Positions 27,047-36,112 of a stretch of DNA of 55,829 nucleotides are shown here, one piece after another. The notes under the pieces are model-generated. The model was given only the letters and a program-made list of their open reading frames with translations, was not told where the DNA came from and did no database searches. This DNA is from a virus (taxonomy: Duplodnaviria > Caudoviricetes). The stretch lies in the IMG/VR virus record IMGVR_UViG_3300042541_001626, positions 1-55,829 of that record. One strand, 5' to 3'. The translations under genes were made by a program, and so were the position numbers. Every line of letters begins with the position of its first letter. The stretch's first letter is position 1.

Positions 27047-27595
27047 ATGGGTGTTCAAGGTAGAGTTCAAAGTGGGAAATTATTTGAGCAATCATTAATT
27101 AAAGATGGTTGGATTGTAAAACCAAAATCACCCAGACTTAAATGGTTAGGCGATGGTAAAAGTTCTTTCCAAAAAATGAAACACTGTGGATATAATCCTA
27201 AGTTATTCAAATTGGACGAATCTTCTACCGTGGAAAAGTATGACATTATACATCCAGAAACAAATCGATATAGAGAAGTTAAGAAATATATGAAAAAAGA
27301 TCTATCAACATGGACTCTTTATTCTGAACCATTCTTTAAAGTCGCAACCAAATCACAACAACGTCAAATTACTACAGAAGTTTATAATAGCTTCTCAAAA
27401 GATTTCTTTAACTTTCATTTAAAAACTGGTTTATTTGATGAAATTGTTAATAATATGACATCCTACAGCGAGGGTATTATGGTTGAAGATGGATTCATTC
27501 CAAGTAAACAGTTAGAATTTAGAACAATATTAGTCGAAAATAATTGGGCTGGTTACCATAGAATAACAATACAATTTAGACTGAAGCATGAATAG
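27047..27595 (+). CDS. Hypothetical protein, possible PD-(D/E)xK nuclease
   Basis: GKLFE...YD...REVKK spacing; TACATTTG promoter upstream. Confidence 0.5.
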   Translation: MGVQGRVQSGKLFEQSLIKDGWIVKPKSPRLKWLGDGKSSFQKMKHCGYNPKLFKLDESSTVEKYDIIHPETNRYREVKKYMKKDLSTWTLYSEPFFKVATKSQQRQITTEVYNSFSKDFFNFHLKTGLFDEIVNNMTSYSEGIMVEDGFIPSKQLEFRTILVENNWAGYHRITIQFRLKHE

Positions 27596-27651
27596 TATAA
27601 TTTGTTAGGTGGCTTTTCATTCATTAGCGTATTTATCAATAAAACAATAAT

Positions 27652-27960
27652 ATGAAAAAAATTATAAAACTTACAGAATCAGACTTAACACGTATCGTTA
27701 GGCGAGTTATTAAAGAACAAGACGATAATTACATAACTTGTTCGGATTGTGATGGTGAAGGTGTTGGTGATTGTTCGGATTGTGACGGTGAAGGTATGAT
27801 AGAATGTCCAGAGTGTGGGGGTTATGGTGAAGATAAGTACGGTGACATTTGTGACACTTGCGATGGGGACGCATCCATTGAATGTAAAAGTTGTGATGGT
27901 ACGGGAGAAGATGATTGCGATACGTGCGGAGGTTTAGGTAAATACCAAAGTTGGGATTAA
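27652..27960 (+). CDS. DnaJ-type CxxCxGxG zinc-finger protein with MKKIIKLTESDL leader
   Basis: Six CxxCxG repeats. Confidence 0.8.
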   Translation: MKKIIKLTESDLTRIVRRVIKEQDDNYITCSDCDGEGVGDCSDCDGEGMIECPECGGYGEDKYGDICDTCDGDASIECKSCDGTGEDDCDTCGGLGKYQSWD

Positions 27961-28013
27961 AAAAATATTAAATAAAATTTTTGAAAAATGGAAAATTCTA
28001 TTATCTTTGTTGT

Positions 28014-28238
28014 ATGAAAAATCTTATCACATATTATTGTTACTTTTTATATGACATTCTTTGGGGTTTAATCTTTATTGAATGGTCAATTAAATCGTTT
28101 AACGACCAATCTATATTTACGTTTGTTTTGTTTACCACCGTTTTATTTTTGGGTCTTAAAGATCTTATCAGGAAACACTCCAACTTTATGAAATATTACC
28201 CTTATTTTGAAAGTAAATGGAGTGGGGTTATTTTTTAA
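28014..28238 (+). CDS. Small membrane protein
   Basis: Two hydrophobic segments; TATCTTTG upstream. Confidence 0.55.
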   Translation: MKNLITYYCYFLYDILWGLIFIEWSIKSFNDQSIFTFVLFTTVLFLGLKDLIRKHSNFMKYYPYFESKWSGVIF

Positions 28239-28269
28239 AAATGCGAGTATTTATTAATAAAATGATAAT

Positions 28270-28575
28270 ATGAAAAAAATTATAAAACTTACAGAATCAG
28301 ATTTAACACGTATCGTTAAACGTGTTGTTATTGAACAAAACGAAGAGGATAGAATGGAAGGTGAAGGTATGTCCATCACAGTAAAAGATATATTTGAGGA
28401 GGTTAAAGATGCTCTTGACGAGATGGGAGGGTATCGAGATTCAATGAAAACAGAAGCTATGAAATTGGCAAGAAATATTATGTCTAACATGCAAGACGAC
28501 TTGGCTTACATTACCGAGAATTATGAGGATCAACTTTATGATATTCGTGGTGACGAAGAAGAAGATGAATATTAA
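28270..28575 (+). CDS. Acidic protein with MKKIIKLTESDL leader
   Basis: Leader nearly identical in DNA to that of 27652. Confidence 0.8.
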   Translation: MKKIIKLTESDLTRIVKRVVIEQNEEDRMEGEGMSITVKDIFEEVKDALDEMGGYRDSMKTEAMKLARNIMSNMQDDLAYITENYEDQLYDIRGDEEEDEY

Positions 28576-28601
28576 ATAACTTAACACATAAAAACTTTTA
28601 A

Positions 28602-28634
28602 AACCCCCCACTTTCTAATACAGGTGGGGTTTTT
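28602..28634 (+). terminator. Intrinsic terminator
   Basis: CCCCAC...GTGGGG hairpin followed by a T-tract. Confidence 0.7.
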
Positions 28635-28659
28635 TATTTTTAAAAAAGATTAAAAAAGG

Positions 28660-28691
28660 TTTGGCAAATCAAAGATGATTACATATCTTTG
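28660..28691 (+). promoter_or_regulatory. Bacteroidetes consensus promoter (-33 TTTG / -7 TAnnTTTG) ahead of the RNA cluster
   Basis: TTTG-N20-TATCTTTG. Confidence 0.75.
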
Positions 28692-29132
28692 TAAGACAAA
28701 CAACGGGGGTAGGAAAGTTAGAGATGAGTGTCCTACTCCCGTGATAAGAAAAGAAGTTCATTGAAATAAAATACGTGGTAGTAAAAAACGGGAAACTCGT
28801 AAAGTGTATCAACCTGTTAACACAAGATAGTGAAACGAGAGTGTGTGTTAACTACTAAACTACAAAGGTTTTAAACCCCGCTTTGAAGTAAACAGATAAC
28901 AAGCGACAGCAGAGGTGTAGTAAACCATGTAAGCAACTTAATAAGTGCGGGGACTTTATCCTTTTGGAGCTGGCATCACAAATGAATATGAAGAGGTTAT
29001 TATCCACAGTCAAGGGTGGAGTTGTTTATGGAGAAGATGTTATCTACAGTCTTCAGTGTAGACCCCTTAACCATAAGGCGGAAAGGAAGTAAAATCTAAC
29101 ATTCACTACTTGAGGTGACGGGGTTTATTTAT

Positions 29133-29237
29133 AGTCAGGTGGCGGAATTGGTAGACGCTAAATTAATGGGTGGATAGCGTGCCATTGGGGAAGAACCAAG
29201 AAAGTTACGCGTGTAGGTTCGAACCCTACCCTGGCTC
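29133..29237 (+). tRNA. tRNA-Leu-like element with non-canonical anticodon/variable region
   Basis: Acceptor AGTCAGG/CCTGGCT, D arm GCGGAATTGGTAGACGC, T arm GTAGG-TTCGAAC-CCTAC; 105 nt. Confidence 0.6.
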
Positions 29238-29267
29238 ATAATTAAATGATTGTTAAATAAAAAAGAT

Positions 29268-29525
29268 ATGAGATTATTATACACGGTGTTAGGGTTTTTT
29301 AGGTTATTTAAAAACGTTTTAATTATTGGATTATTTATTGGATTATTTACGTGGTATATTAAATGTCACGACCCTAAAAATTCGAAATATAGTTGGTTGT
29401 TTTGGAGTTGTTCAATATATACTGTAATAATATGTATCTATAGATCACATAACCCCCATGATTATTCACATTCAAGTACTGATTCGGATTTTATGTTTTG
29501 GGTTAAACATATGTTTAGTTTATAA
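29268..29525 (+). CDS. Small membrane protein inside the RNA cluster
   Basis: Two hydrophobic segments. Confidence 0.55.
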   Translation: MRLLYTVLGFFRLFKNVLIIGLFIGLFTWYIKCHDPKNSKYSWLFWSCSIYTVIICIYRSHNPHDYSHSSTDSDFMFWVKHMFSL

Positions 29526-29531
29526 AAATAT

Positions 29532-29645
29532 GGTCAGGTGGCGGAATGGTAGACGCCCTACTGAAAGAAGGTAGAGAAAGTGTTGGTTCGACTCCAATCG
29601 ATGAAATGGTTTCATTAGTTACAGGTTCGAATCCTGTCCTGGCCA
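29532..29645 (+). tRNA. tRNA-like element with an extra internal T-arm
   Basis: Acceptor GGTCAGG/CCTGGCC, D arm, internal TTGG-TTCGACT-CCAA, terminal ACAGG-TTCGAAT-CCTGT. Confidence 0.6.
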
Positions 29646-29807
29646 CTAAGTAAATTTTATCAATTTGATATACTTGTAAAACTTATAATAAATTGATGAT
29701 ACAATGTTGGGTTTCCTAGTAGTAACGGTATTAACCATGGTAAGTAAGCTACAAGATTCTAGTAAAAGCTCCAGATGGATTCCGAGCGACTAAAGTGTCT
29801 GGTTTAA

Positions 29808-29957
29808 AGTCGGGTAGTGTGATGGTTAGACACAAATTGACGGTTATGGTACGTACCGCTATCAAGAGAGCCGAGTGTCCGTAAACACTCTATGACTTCG
29901 GAAGGTGGATAGAAACGTTCAAATAGTATCTTGTAGGTTCGATTCCTACTCTGACTA
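29808..29957 (+). tRNA. tRNA-like element with a large (~95 nt) central region
   Basis: Acceptor AGTCGGG/TCTGACT, D arm GTGT..ACAC, T arm GTAGG-TTCGATT-CCTAC. Confidence 0.55.
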
Positions 29958-30027
29958 CAAAGGAAGTATATGAGAGTCCTGAATGTACACAAAAGATCCC
30001 TATTGACAGCTGGAAAGACAGCAACAT

Positions 30028-30113
30028 AGTCAGGTGGCGGAATTGGTAGACGCATGCATCCCGTAAGATTTGCACACTTTTAACGGTTACAGGTTCGAAT
30101 CCTGTCCTGGCAA
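30028..30113 (+). tRNA. tRNA-Leu-like element; anticodon stem does not fold canonically
   Basis: D and T arms as in the other copies, 86 nt; anticodon not assignable. Confidence 0.6.
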
Positions 30114-30325
30114 CATCGGTTATTTGATCTAGCACTAGGAAAATAACAGCCATTGGATGAAGCTAGCGTCGTGAATGGAGGTGTAAGATAAGACAGACTT
30201 ACAACGTTGGGGTACCAATAGATACAAATCCCCAACACAAAACAGATAGTTCTCGTTTACACTGTATAAAAGGAAGCGGTAGCTTAAAGTTGAAGTTGAA
30301 TGGGACATAACGTTGTCTAAAACTT

Positions 30326-30445
30326 AAAACAGATTGACCCAAAGGCATGGGTTGAAGCAGAGAGAAAAGATGTTGGTGATTAAATTCCTCACATATAAGC
30401 TATACTTTAAGCTCTACAATCTGAACAGGTGCTTCCTGTTTATTT
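30326..30445 (+). ncRNA. Structured RNA, scaffold copy 1
   Basis: CAGATTG/CAATCTG closing stem, ACCCA-AAGGCA-TGGGT hairpin, 3' AACAGG-TGCTT-CCTGTT hairpin. Confidence 0.6.
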
Positions 30446-30698
30446 ATTTTAATATTAAATGTGTTGTTCCCTTGAGAAAGGTACTAGGGTCAAAACGGAG
30501 CATAGGAAAGGTGAAGATTGCTACAACACAGAGGTTCTCAACCTTATTCCATGGGGGGAATTAAATTACTCCGTGTACTTTTGTAGTTAAAGTCATGTAG
30601 CTGTGTAAACAGAAAATTACAAAAAACGTAATAAGAAACAAAGGGCAGGGCACAAAGACACTGAACATTGGGAGAGGTTGAGGAACTCCCTTTATTAC

Positions 30699-30805
30699 AA
30701 AACAGATTGACCCAAAGGCATGGGTGGGAAGAAAGTAGTAAATAAGTTATCTGATAACTGAAGTCCCCTTTACAATCTGAACAGGTGCTTCCTGTTTATT
30801 TTTTT
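30699..30805 (+). ncRNA. Structured RNA, scaffold copy 2
   Basis: Same 5' and 3' blocks as copy 1 with a different middle; long T-tract. Confidence 0.6.
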
Positions 30806-30895
30806 AATTTTACATAATACTTTATTGATAGTTTGAAATAATTTGTTTAATTAAAATATTATAAATATATTTGTTAAAATAATAATAATTAAGTT

Positions 30896-31144
30896 ATGGG
30901 AAAGGTAATTTTAGAATTTGATTCAGTTGAAGAAAGAGATGATATCAAATCAGCATTAGATGGTTACAAATGGAAATTGGCAATGTGGGATTTAGATCAA
31001 AAATTAAGATCAACCGCTAAATATGGTGTCTCTATATTAGGTAATAATCAAGAGACTAGTACAATGGAATATGATATTACTGAAAAATATCGTGAACTTA
31101 TACGTGAAATACTTGACGAGTATTCGCTTAATATTAATGATTAA
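30896..31144 (+). CDS. Hypothetical phage protein
   Basis: ILEF..ALDG.KWK.AMWDLDQ.LR pattern. Confidence 0.75.
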   Translation: MGKVILEFDSVEERDDIKSALDGYKWKLAMWDLDQKLRSTAKYGVSILGNNQETSTMEYDITEKYRELIREILDEYSLNIND

Positions 31145-31160
31145 TTTTTATAAAAATAAG

Positions 31161-31388
31161 ATGACATACGAAGAACAAGATGAATGGAATGCTGTTCGAT
31201 ACAGAATGGACAACGAGGGTATTGACTATTGTTTTGAACATTATAGTAGTTTCGAGGAGATTAAAGATGAGAAGTTCCACGAACTTAGATTACAATTTTT
31301 AAAATCTTTGAAAGAAATTCGAAATTATGTTAACGAAAAATGCCAAGAAGAGGTAGAAGAAGATGATGAGTATGAGGGAGATGTTTAA
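31161..31388 (+). CDS. Hypothetical protein
   Basis: Start MTYEEQ. Confidence 0.7.
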   Translation: MTYEEQDEWNAVRYRMDNEGIDYCFEHYSSFEEIKDEKFHELRLQFLKSLKEIRNYVNEKCQEEVEEDDEYEGDV

Positions 31389-31662
31389 ATTTAAAACACT
31401 AAAGGAACAGTATGAAGAGTTGATTCTCTCCAAACTGTTTCCTGATAGAAAAATTGAGTTTGTTAGGGAAGAACTAACCGATAATGAAAAAATGATTATC
31501 GAGTTTACATACGAACTATTTCAAGAAAAAATGGATGATATGAAGATACTCAAAGACGAAATAACAAGAGTCTCAATTGAGAATGCGAATCTAAAATCAT
31601 TCAACGATAATAAAGATTATTATTACGACAATGATAAATACGATGAAGACGTAGATAATTAA
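31381..31662 (+). CDS. Hypothetical protein
   Basis: ORF. Confidence 0.65.
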   Translation: MFKFKTLKEQYEELILSKLFPDRKIEFVREELTDNEKMIIEFTYELFQEKMDDMKILKDEITRVSIENANLKSFNDNKDYYYDNDKYDEDVDN

Positions 31663-31706
31663 ACTTAAGACTCCAAATATTTGTCCCATATAGTATATTT
31701 ATTATT

Positions 31707-32210
31707 ATGGAACAATATAAGGATTCTTCTAAATTAGAACAATTAAGCGAAAAAGGTTTATCCCAATTTTTCAAACAATTGCGAAAATCATATGGTCAAG
31801 ATTTGGTTAACTCACCATTACCGTTAGCCAATGATGACGACTTTCTCAATGATTGTGATTCCACATCTACCATATTTGGTTTGGGTAAATGTGAATATAT
31901 TGATATTGATTATATCATATCAATAATTGTTGCAAATTCAAAAACAATTAACGATGGTATCATTACCCACATACCCAAACTTTCCAGATACTCTTTCGAT
32001 ATTAATGTTCATGAAACGGTTCGTCAAACAACAACCTATACTCACAAAAATTATTCATATGACTCAAAAGTTGTTGTCGAAATCGCAAAGAAAATGGATC
32101 TCGATGGGGATGTTAGTCATTGGGAGGGTGAGATTACAAATACGGACATTCACGACTCAGATGTAATAAATGTTGATTGGAATAATTTATCATTACACAG
32201 ATTAAGTTAA
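31707..32210 (+). CDS. Hypothetical protein
   Basis: TATTTAT upstream. Confidence 0.75.
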   Translation: MEQYKDSSKLEQLSEKGLSQFFKQLRKSYGQDLVNSPLPLANDDDFLNDCDSTSTIFGLGKCEYIDIDYIISIIVANSKTINDGIITHIPKLSRYSFDINVHETVRQTTTYTHKNYSYDSKVVVEIAKKMDLDGDVSHWEGEITNTDIHDSDVINVDWNNLSLHRLS

Positions 32211-32228
32211 AAAAATAGTTTGTTAATT

Positions 32229-32594
32229 ATGAAATATCTAATCACAGAATCCAAATTAAAAAATGTTATATATAACTTTTTAAATAACTATAATGATTTT
32301 AAAGATCTAAAGGAATTTGACGGTGACTTTATGGACTGGGAAAATGGTAAATGGGTTGAAGCTGCTGAGTTTGGTCATTTTGATTGGGATCCTATTATCA
32401 CTTATTACAAATACCCAAGTGAGACCGAAAAATACGATGATATAGATTTAGAAATCCTCCCGTTAGTCCATGTTAATGATAGTAATTTTAGAACTATGAT
32501 GGGCTCATTGTTTGGAGGTATGGATAAATATGAAGACATTTTTTTAGATTGGTTTGAAGATACTTATGGATATCGAGCAAACAATCTTACATAA
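32229..32594 (+). CDS. Hypothetical protein with MKYLITESK leader
   Basis: Leader motif; ends DWFEDTYGYRANNLT. Confidence 0.8.
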   Translation: MKYLITESKLKNVIYNFLNNYNDFKDLKEFDGDFMDWENGKWVEAAEFGHFDWDPIITYYKYPSETEKYDDIDLEILPLVHVNDSNFRTMMGSLFGGMDKYEDIFLDWFEDTYGYRANNLT

Positions 32595-32623
32595 AAATAA
32601 TAAAAATAATAAAAATAATTAAT

Positions 32624-33223
32624 ATGTTTAAATTAGAAGAAATTAAAAATACCCTACTTAAAAAAAATTATATTTGGTTTAACGATGATTCAAATAAAGG
32701 GTTTGATGTTAATATTGTTGGCGTCAGAAATGATTCTACAGGTAATAAAGTAACAAACTCATTCGATGATTATATTACCGTATCATATAAAGAGATGGGT
32801 GTTTGGAAATTCCATTCTTGGCCAGCAACCACCGATCCAGGTACTAAAGGGATCCTTGAGACAACTAATAAAAGTGGTATCGCTAGATTAGTTGAAGGTC
32901 AGTATCGTGGGTCTCACACCATCAGATTACATCAAGGTAAATACGAGGCATTAGGTCAAGCTAAGAATGTGAAAGTTTACCGTGACGCAAATCGTGATAT
33001 GAAATATGATGAGACAAAAATTCAAGAGGGCGTATTTGGTATTAATATCCACCACGCCGGAGTTGATTCAACATATGTCAATAACTGGTCGGAAGGTTGT
33101 CAGGTATTTAAAAAATTATCAGATTTTGAGGAATTCATGAAGATATGTAGAAAGGCTAGAGATATTCACGGTAACTCATTCACCTACACTTTAATCGGAA
33201 GTGACGATATTAAACAAATTTAG
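32624..33223 (+). CDS. Putative peptidoglycan-active enzyme (L,D-transpeptidase/YkuD-like; candidate lysin)
   Basis: GINIHH-x-WSEGC His/Cys motif; ATTDPG. Confidence 0.55.
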   Translation: MFKLEEIKNTLLKKNYIWFNDDSNKGFDVNIVGVRNDSTGNKVTNSFDDYITVSYKEMGVWKFHSWPATTDPGTKGILETTNKSGIARLVEGQYRGSHTIRLHQGKYEALGQAKNVKVYRDANRDMKYDETKIQEGVFGINIHHAGVDSTYVNNWSEGCQVFKKLSDFEEFMKICRKARDIHGNSFTYTLIGSDDIKQI

Positions 33224-33833
33224 TCGCAACATACTGAACCATCCAATCTGGATCCACTAACGATTCTTGTTGATGATCCAAAATATCATCAATTTTTTCA
33301 TAATTTTCTTCAGTCTCGTTATATTTGCCTTTTCTTTGGTAATCTTCATATAATCGAACAGCCTTTTCGATTTCCGACTTTTCCCTGCCACCAATACCAT
33401 AGACGAACGCCTTTAAAGGTTTAACATAATTAATAACTTTTAATGTATCATCCATCTCCATGATTATTTTAACGTTGACAGACTTAACAATAATTTCATG
33501 CGTCTTAGTTCTTAAAACTTTAACACTTTTAAGAAATTTTGTTATTTCTTGGGTTAATCCTTGGTTAACGTAAACTTCCTCATCATTAACAGATCTAAGA
33601 ATAGGACGATTAACCTTATTATTTAAACCAGTCAACTCTTGAAATGATCGTATACTATCCTCCGCGAAAGGAGCTAACGCAGAATAACTATACGACACAT
33701 CATTAGGATTACTCATCTCAAACATCATCACCCCATCATCACTATAACTAAACGGATACAATAAAATATCATTAATGGTCAAATGTCCTTTTATATATCT
33801 AAGGTATAATTCTAAGTATTTTTCAGATTTCAT
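33210..33833 (-). CDS. Hypothetical protein
   Basis: ORF, 207 aa. Confidence 0.7.
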   Translation of the reverse strand: MKSEKYLELYLRYIKGHLTINDILLYPFSYSDDGVMMFEMSNPNDVSYSYSALAPFAEDSIRSFQELTGLNNKVNRPILRSVNDEEVYVNQGLTQEITKFLKSVKVLRTKTHEIIVKSVNVKIIMEMDDTLKVINYVKPLKAFVYGIGGREKSEIEKAVRLYEDYQRKGKYNETEENYEKIDDILDHQQESLVDPDWMVQYVATKFV

Positions 33834-33916
33834 TTATTTTTTTTATCTTTAGTTACATATTTAAAAATAAATATTGTTATTTATATAAAAACTTACTCAG
33901 GATTATTTAAATTCGA

Positions 33917-34135
33917 TTACGAAATAATGAACATGTTTGTATTCGCGATTGGTAATCTCATAACAGGGAGTGCGTTACTGTTCTCGTTAGGTTTTTGCAT
34001 GACCTCGTAGAAACCCTCAGGAGCAACCTTAACGGTACTCACGTTATCCATTGTTTCTATGATTGTAGAATCTCCTCGTCGTCCGTCTGTAAGAACAATT
34101 GTCTTTGATTTTGTGTTGAATGTCAAACTTTGCAT
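33917..34135 (-). CDS. Hypothetical protein
   Basis: ORF. Confidence 0.7.
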   Translation of the reverse strand: MQSLTFNTKSKTIVLTDGRRGDSTIIETMDNVSTVKVAPEGFYEVMQKPNENSNALPVMRLPIANTNMFIIS

Positions 34136-34199
34136 ATTTCTTTTTTTTATTTAATATTAGTTAATTAAATAGGGAGAGTCAACCTCTCCCCTTTTTGAA

Positions 34200-34643
34200 T
34201 TAAATCATCTTCAAGATGACTTCGGTCTTACCGTCCCATTTAATAATTTTGGATTTAGGTACCCAAAATTCTAAAACCCCAATTTCTTCAACTTTTTCCA
34301 AATACTCGTTACGGAAACGTTCTGCTTGACTTGAGTCAGTAATGTATTTAATATTCAAGTGTTTTGCACATGTTTTACCCATTTTAGTTAACATAGAATG
34401 TTCATCTGTTAGAGTTTTAGCACAACATACACAAACATCCCCACGTTTTATTGTCATCTTACCTGCGAACTTAACGGCTCTTGGAGATACTGCTAAAACT
34501 TTAGTGATGTCCAATAAGATTGGGTTGAATTTCAAATTGTAATCTTCCTTCATTTTTTGACCAATAGTTCGGCCAACTTTGATTGTCTCACCTATAGTAG
34601 GGATATTTAATTTACGAACGTTTGATGTAACTGTAGTTGTCAT
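34200..34643 (-). CDS. Zinc-ribbon protein (CxxC..LTD..S...G..CA; DUF6011-like)
   Basis: CVCCAKTLTDEHSMLTKMGKTCAK. Confidence 0.6.
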   Translation of the reverse strand: MTTTVTSNVRKLNIPTIGETIKVGRTIGQKMKEDYNLKFNPILLDITKVLAVSPRAVKFAGKMTIKRGDVCVCCAKTLTDEHSMLTKMGKTCAKHLNIKYITDSSQAERFRNEYLEKVEEIGVLEFWVPKSKIIKWDGKTEVILKMI

Positions 34644-34710
34644 ATGTCTCTGTTTTAGTTTTGTTTAACAAAGATATATAACTTTTCCTGATTACAAAAA
34701 TTTATTTTAA

Positions 34711-35670
34711 TTATTTTGGATGTTGGAATACAAAAGTGGCGTTATCTCTAGATATAAAGTCTTTATTATCCGAAATGATCTTATCAGTGATTCCTTTTTC
34801 CAGATCTTCCGAGAATGGACTTGGATGAACATACCCATCAGGATTAATAACCATCTTGTTGGTTCCTTCAACAGTTCCCGCCTTGTTAATATTAACCTCA
34901 AACTTTATCTTATCTCTTATTTTTTTAACATTCATGATTGTATAATCAACTTTCTTCCTATCATCACCCCATCCAATTGTTAATAATTTTTTAGTTCCTT
35001 TCAAAGATTTGGCAAACCTATCATTGAAATTGGTCACTCTATTTGTTTTAATATTGGATAAACTTTCACCATTCATGATAGATTTTATCTCTTCAGGTGT
35101 CACAGTAATAACATCATCTTTTATTCTACTATCATAAGATTGTCTTCTAGGGTCAGCATGTGACATTTGTTTTGATGTTGATGATGAATAAGTATTACTT
35201 ACTCGGTACCATTGTTTTTCTATATATAAATAAATTGGATACCAATTATATGATTTTACAACATAATACCATTCATTATTACGGTTAACATCCCAAATCC
35301 CCTCTAAATTAGACCCTTTGAATGGGATTCTACCAATTGTATAAGTATACGCGTTATTGTTTGGTGTTTTTCTTTGTTTAAAACCTTTATAATCAACGAA
35401 GTTTTTACCATCCAAATTTTCATAGTCACCTTCTGGTCTGTAGTTGGCCGTATACACCTCATAATAGAATCTTGCGTCATAAGGACTTCTGTCAATCATA
35501 GGCATCATTGTCTTTATTAACTCAATTAATTCTGATTGAGTTTTGGCACTCCCCTTATGTTTGTTAAGATATCTAAACAATCTAATTTCTTTCTCAGACA
35601 ATGGTTTATCTTCCGATCCATCCAATCCATCCAATTGTTCTTTTAATATTTTTTTTATTAGGTCTTTCAT
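34711..35670 (-). CDS. Hypothetical protein with MKDLIKKILKEQ leader
   Basis: TATTTAT upstream; YVVKSY-x-WYP and YSSSTSKQ motifs. Confidence 0.8.
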   Translation of the reverse strand: MKDLIKKILKEQLDGLDGSEDKPLSEKEIRLFRYLNKHKGSAKTQSELIELIKTMMPMIDRSPYDARFYYEVYTANYRPEGDYENLDGKNFVDYKGFKQRKTPNNNAYTYTIGRIPFKGSNLEGIWDVNRNNEWYYVVKSYNWYPIYLYIEKQWYRVSNTYSSSTSKQMSHADPRRQSYDSRIKDDVITVTPEEIKSIMNGESLSNIKTNRVTNFNDRFAKSLKGTKKLLTIGWGDDRKKVDYTIMNVKKIRDKIKFEVNINKAGTVEGTNKMVINPDGYVHPSPFSEDLEKGITDKIISDNKDFISRDNATFVFQHPK

Positions 35671-35702
35671 ATTATCTATAAATATACCTAAAAAAGTATT
35701 TC

Positions 35703-36056
35703 TCACCAGACCTCATAAAATACTAAAGAGAATTTAGTACCCCTAATTTGATCGGATAATTTATTTAATTGTTTTTGTAGGTTTGAGTTTATATCTTGTT
35801 CACTTAAAATAGTTGATTCAGTAAAACCAAACATCTCTTTATATAACACAATCGATTTGTTTATATCATTACTTAACTTATTAGAAATCTCATGTTCAGG
35901 CACAACAATAAACAAATACTCACTAATTTCAGGATAATCAGTATACATATAATAAAACCTATAGTCAGGATGGTTCTTGACATCAGGATATTCCCCATAA
36001 ATCCGATCCATAAACAATCGTAATCGTTTAGGGTGAATAAGTTCATTCATAATCAT
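35703..36056 (-). CDS. Hypothetical protein
   Basis: ORF. Confidence 0.65.
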   Translation of the reverse strand: MIMNELIHPKRLRLFMDRIYGEYPDVKNHPDYRFYYMYTDYPEISEYLFIVVPEHEISNKLSNDINKSIVLYKEMFGFTESTILSEQDINSNLQKQLNKLSDQIRGTKFSLVFYEVW

Positions 36057-36112
36057 AAATATAATAAAAAACCCCCACTTTATCAGTGAGGGCTCCTATT
36101 ATTTTTCAATTT

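Noticed and set aside
27739-27935. GAT/GGT-rich repeats as another array
   Set aside because: They encode CxxCxGxG zinc-finger repeats with irregular spacing and no constant 36-nt repeat.
30028-30113. Assigning a specific anticodon (e.g. Leu-TAA or CGT)
   Set aside because: The anticodon stem does not pair in the canonical register, so no identity is claimed.
29804-30564. ORFs 29804..30055, 29890..30153 and 30334..30564
   Set aside because: They overlap or run antisense to tRNA-like and structured RNA elements and have atypical composition.
28692-30810. tmRNA partner for SmpB
   Set aside because: No GGGG-start acceptor with a G3-U70 pair and tag reading frame found. Three of the tRNA-like elements have U3-G70 instead.
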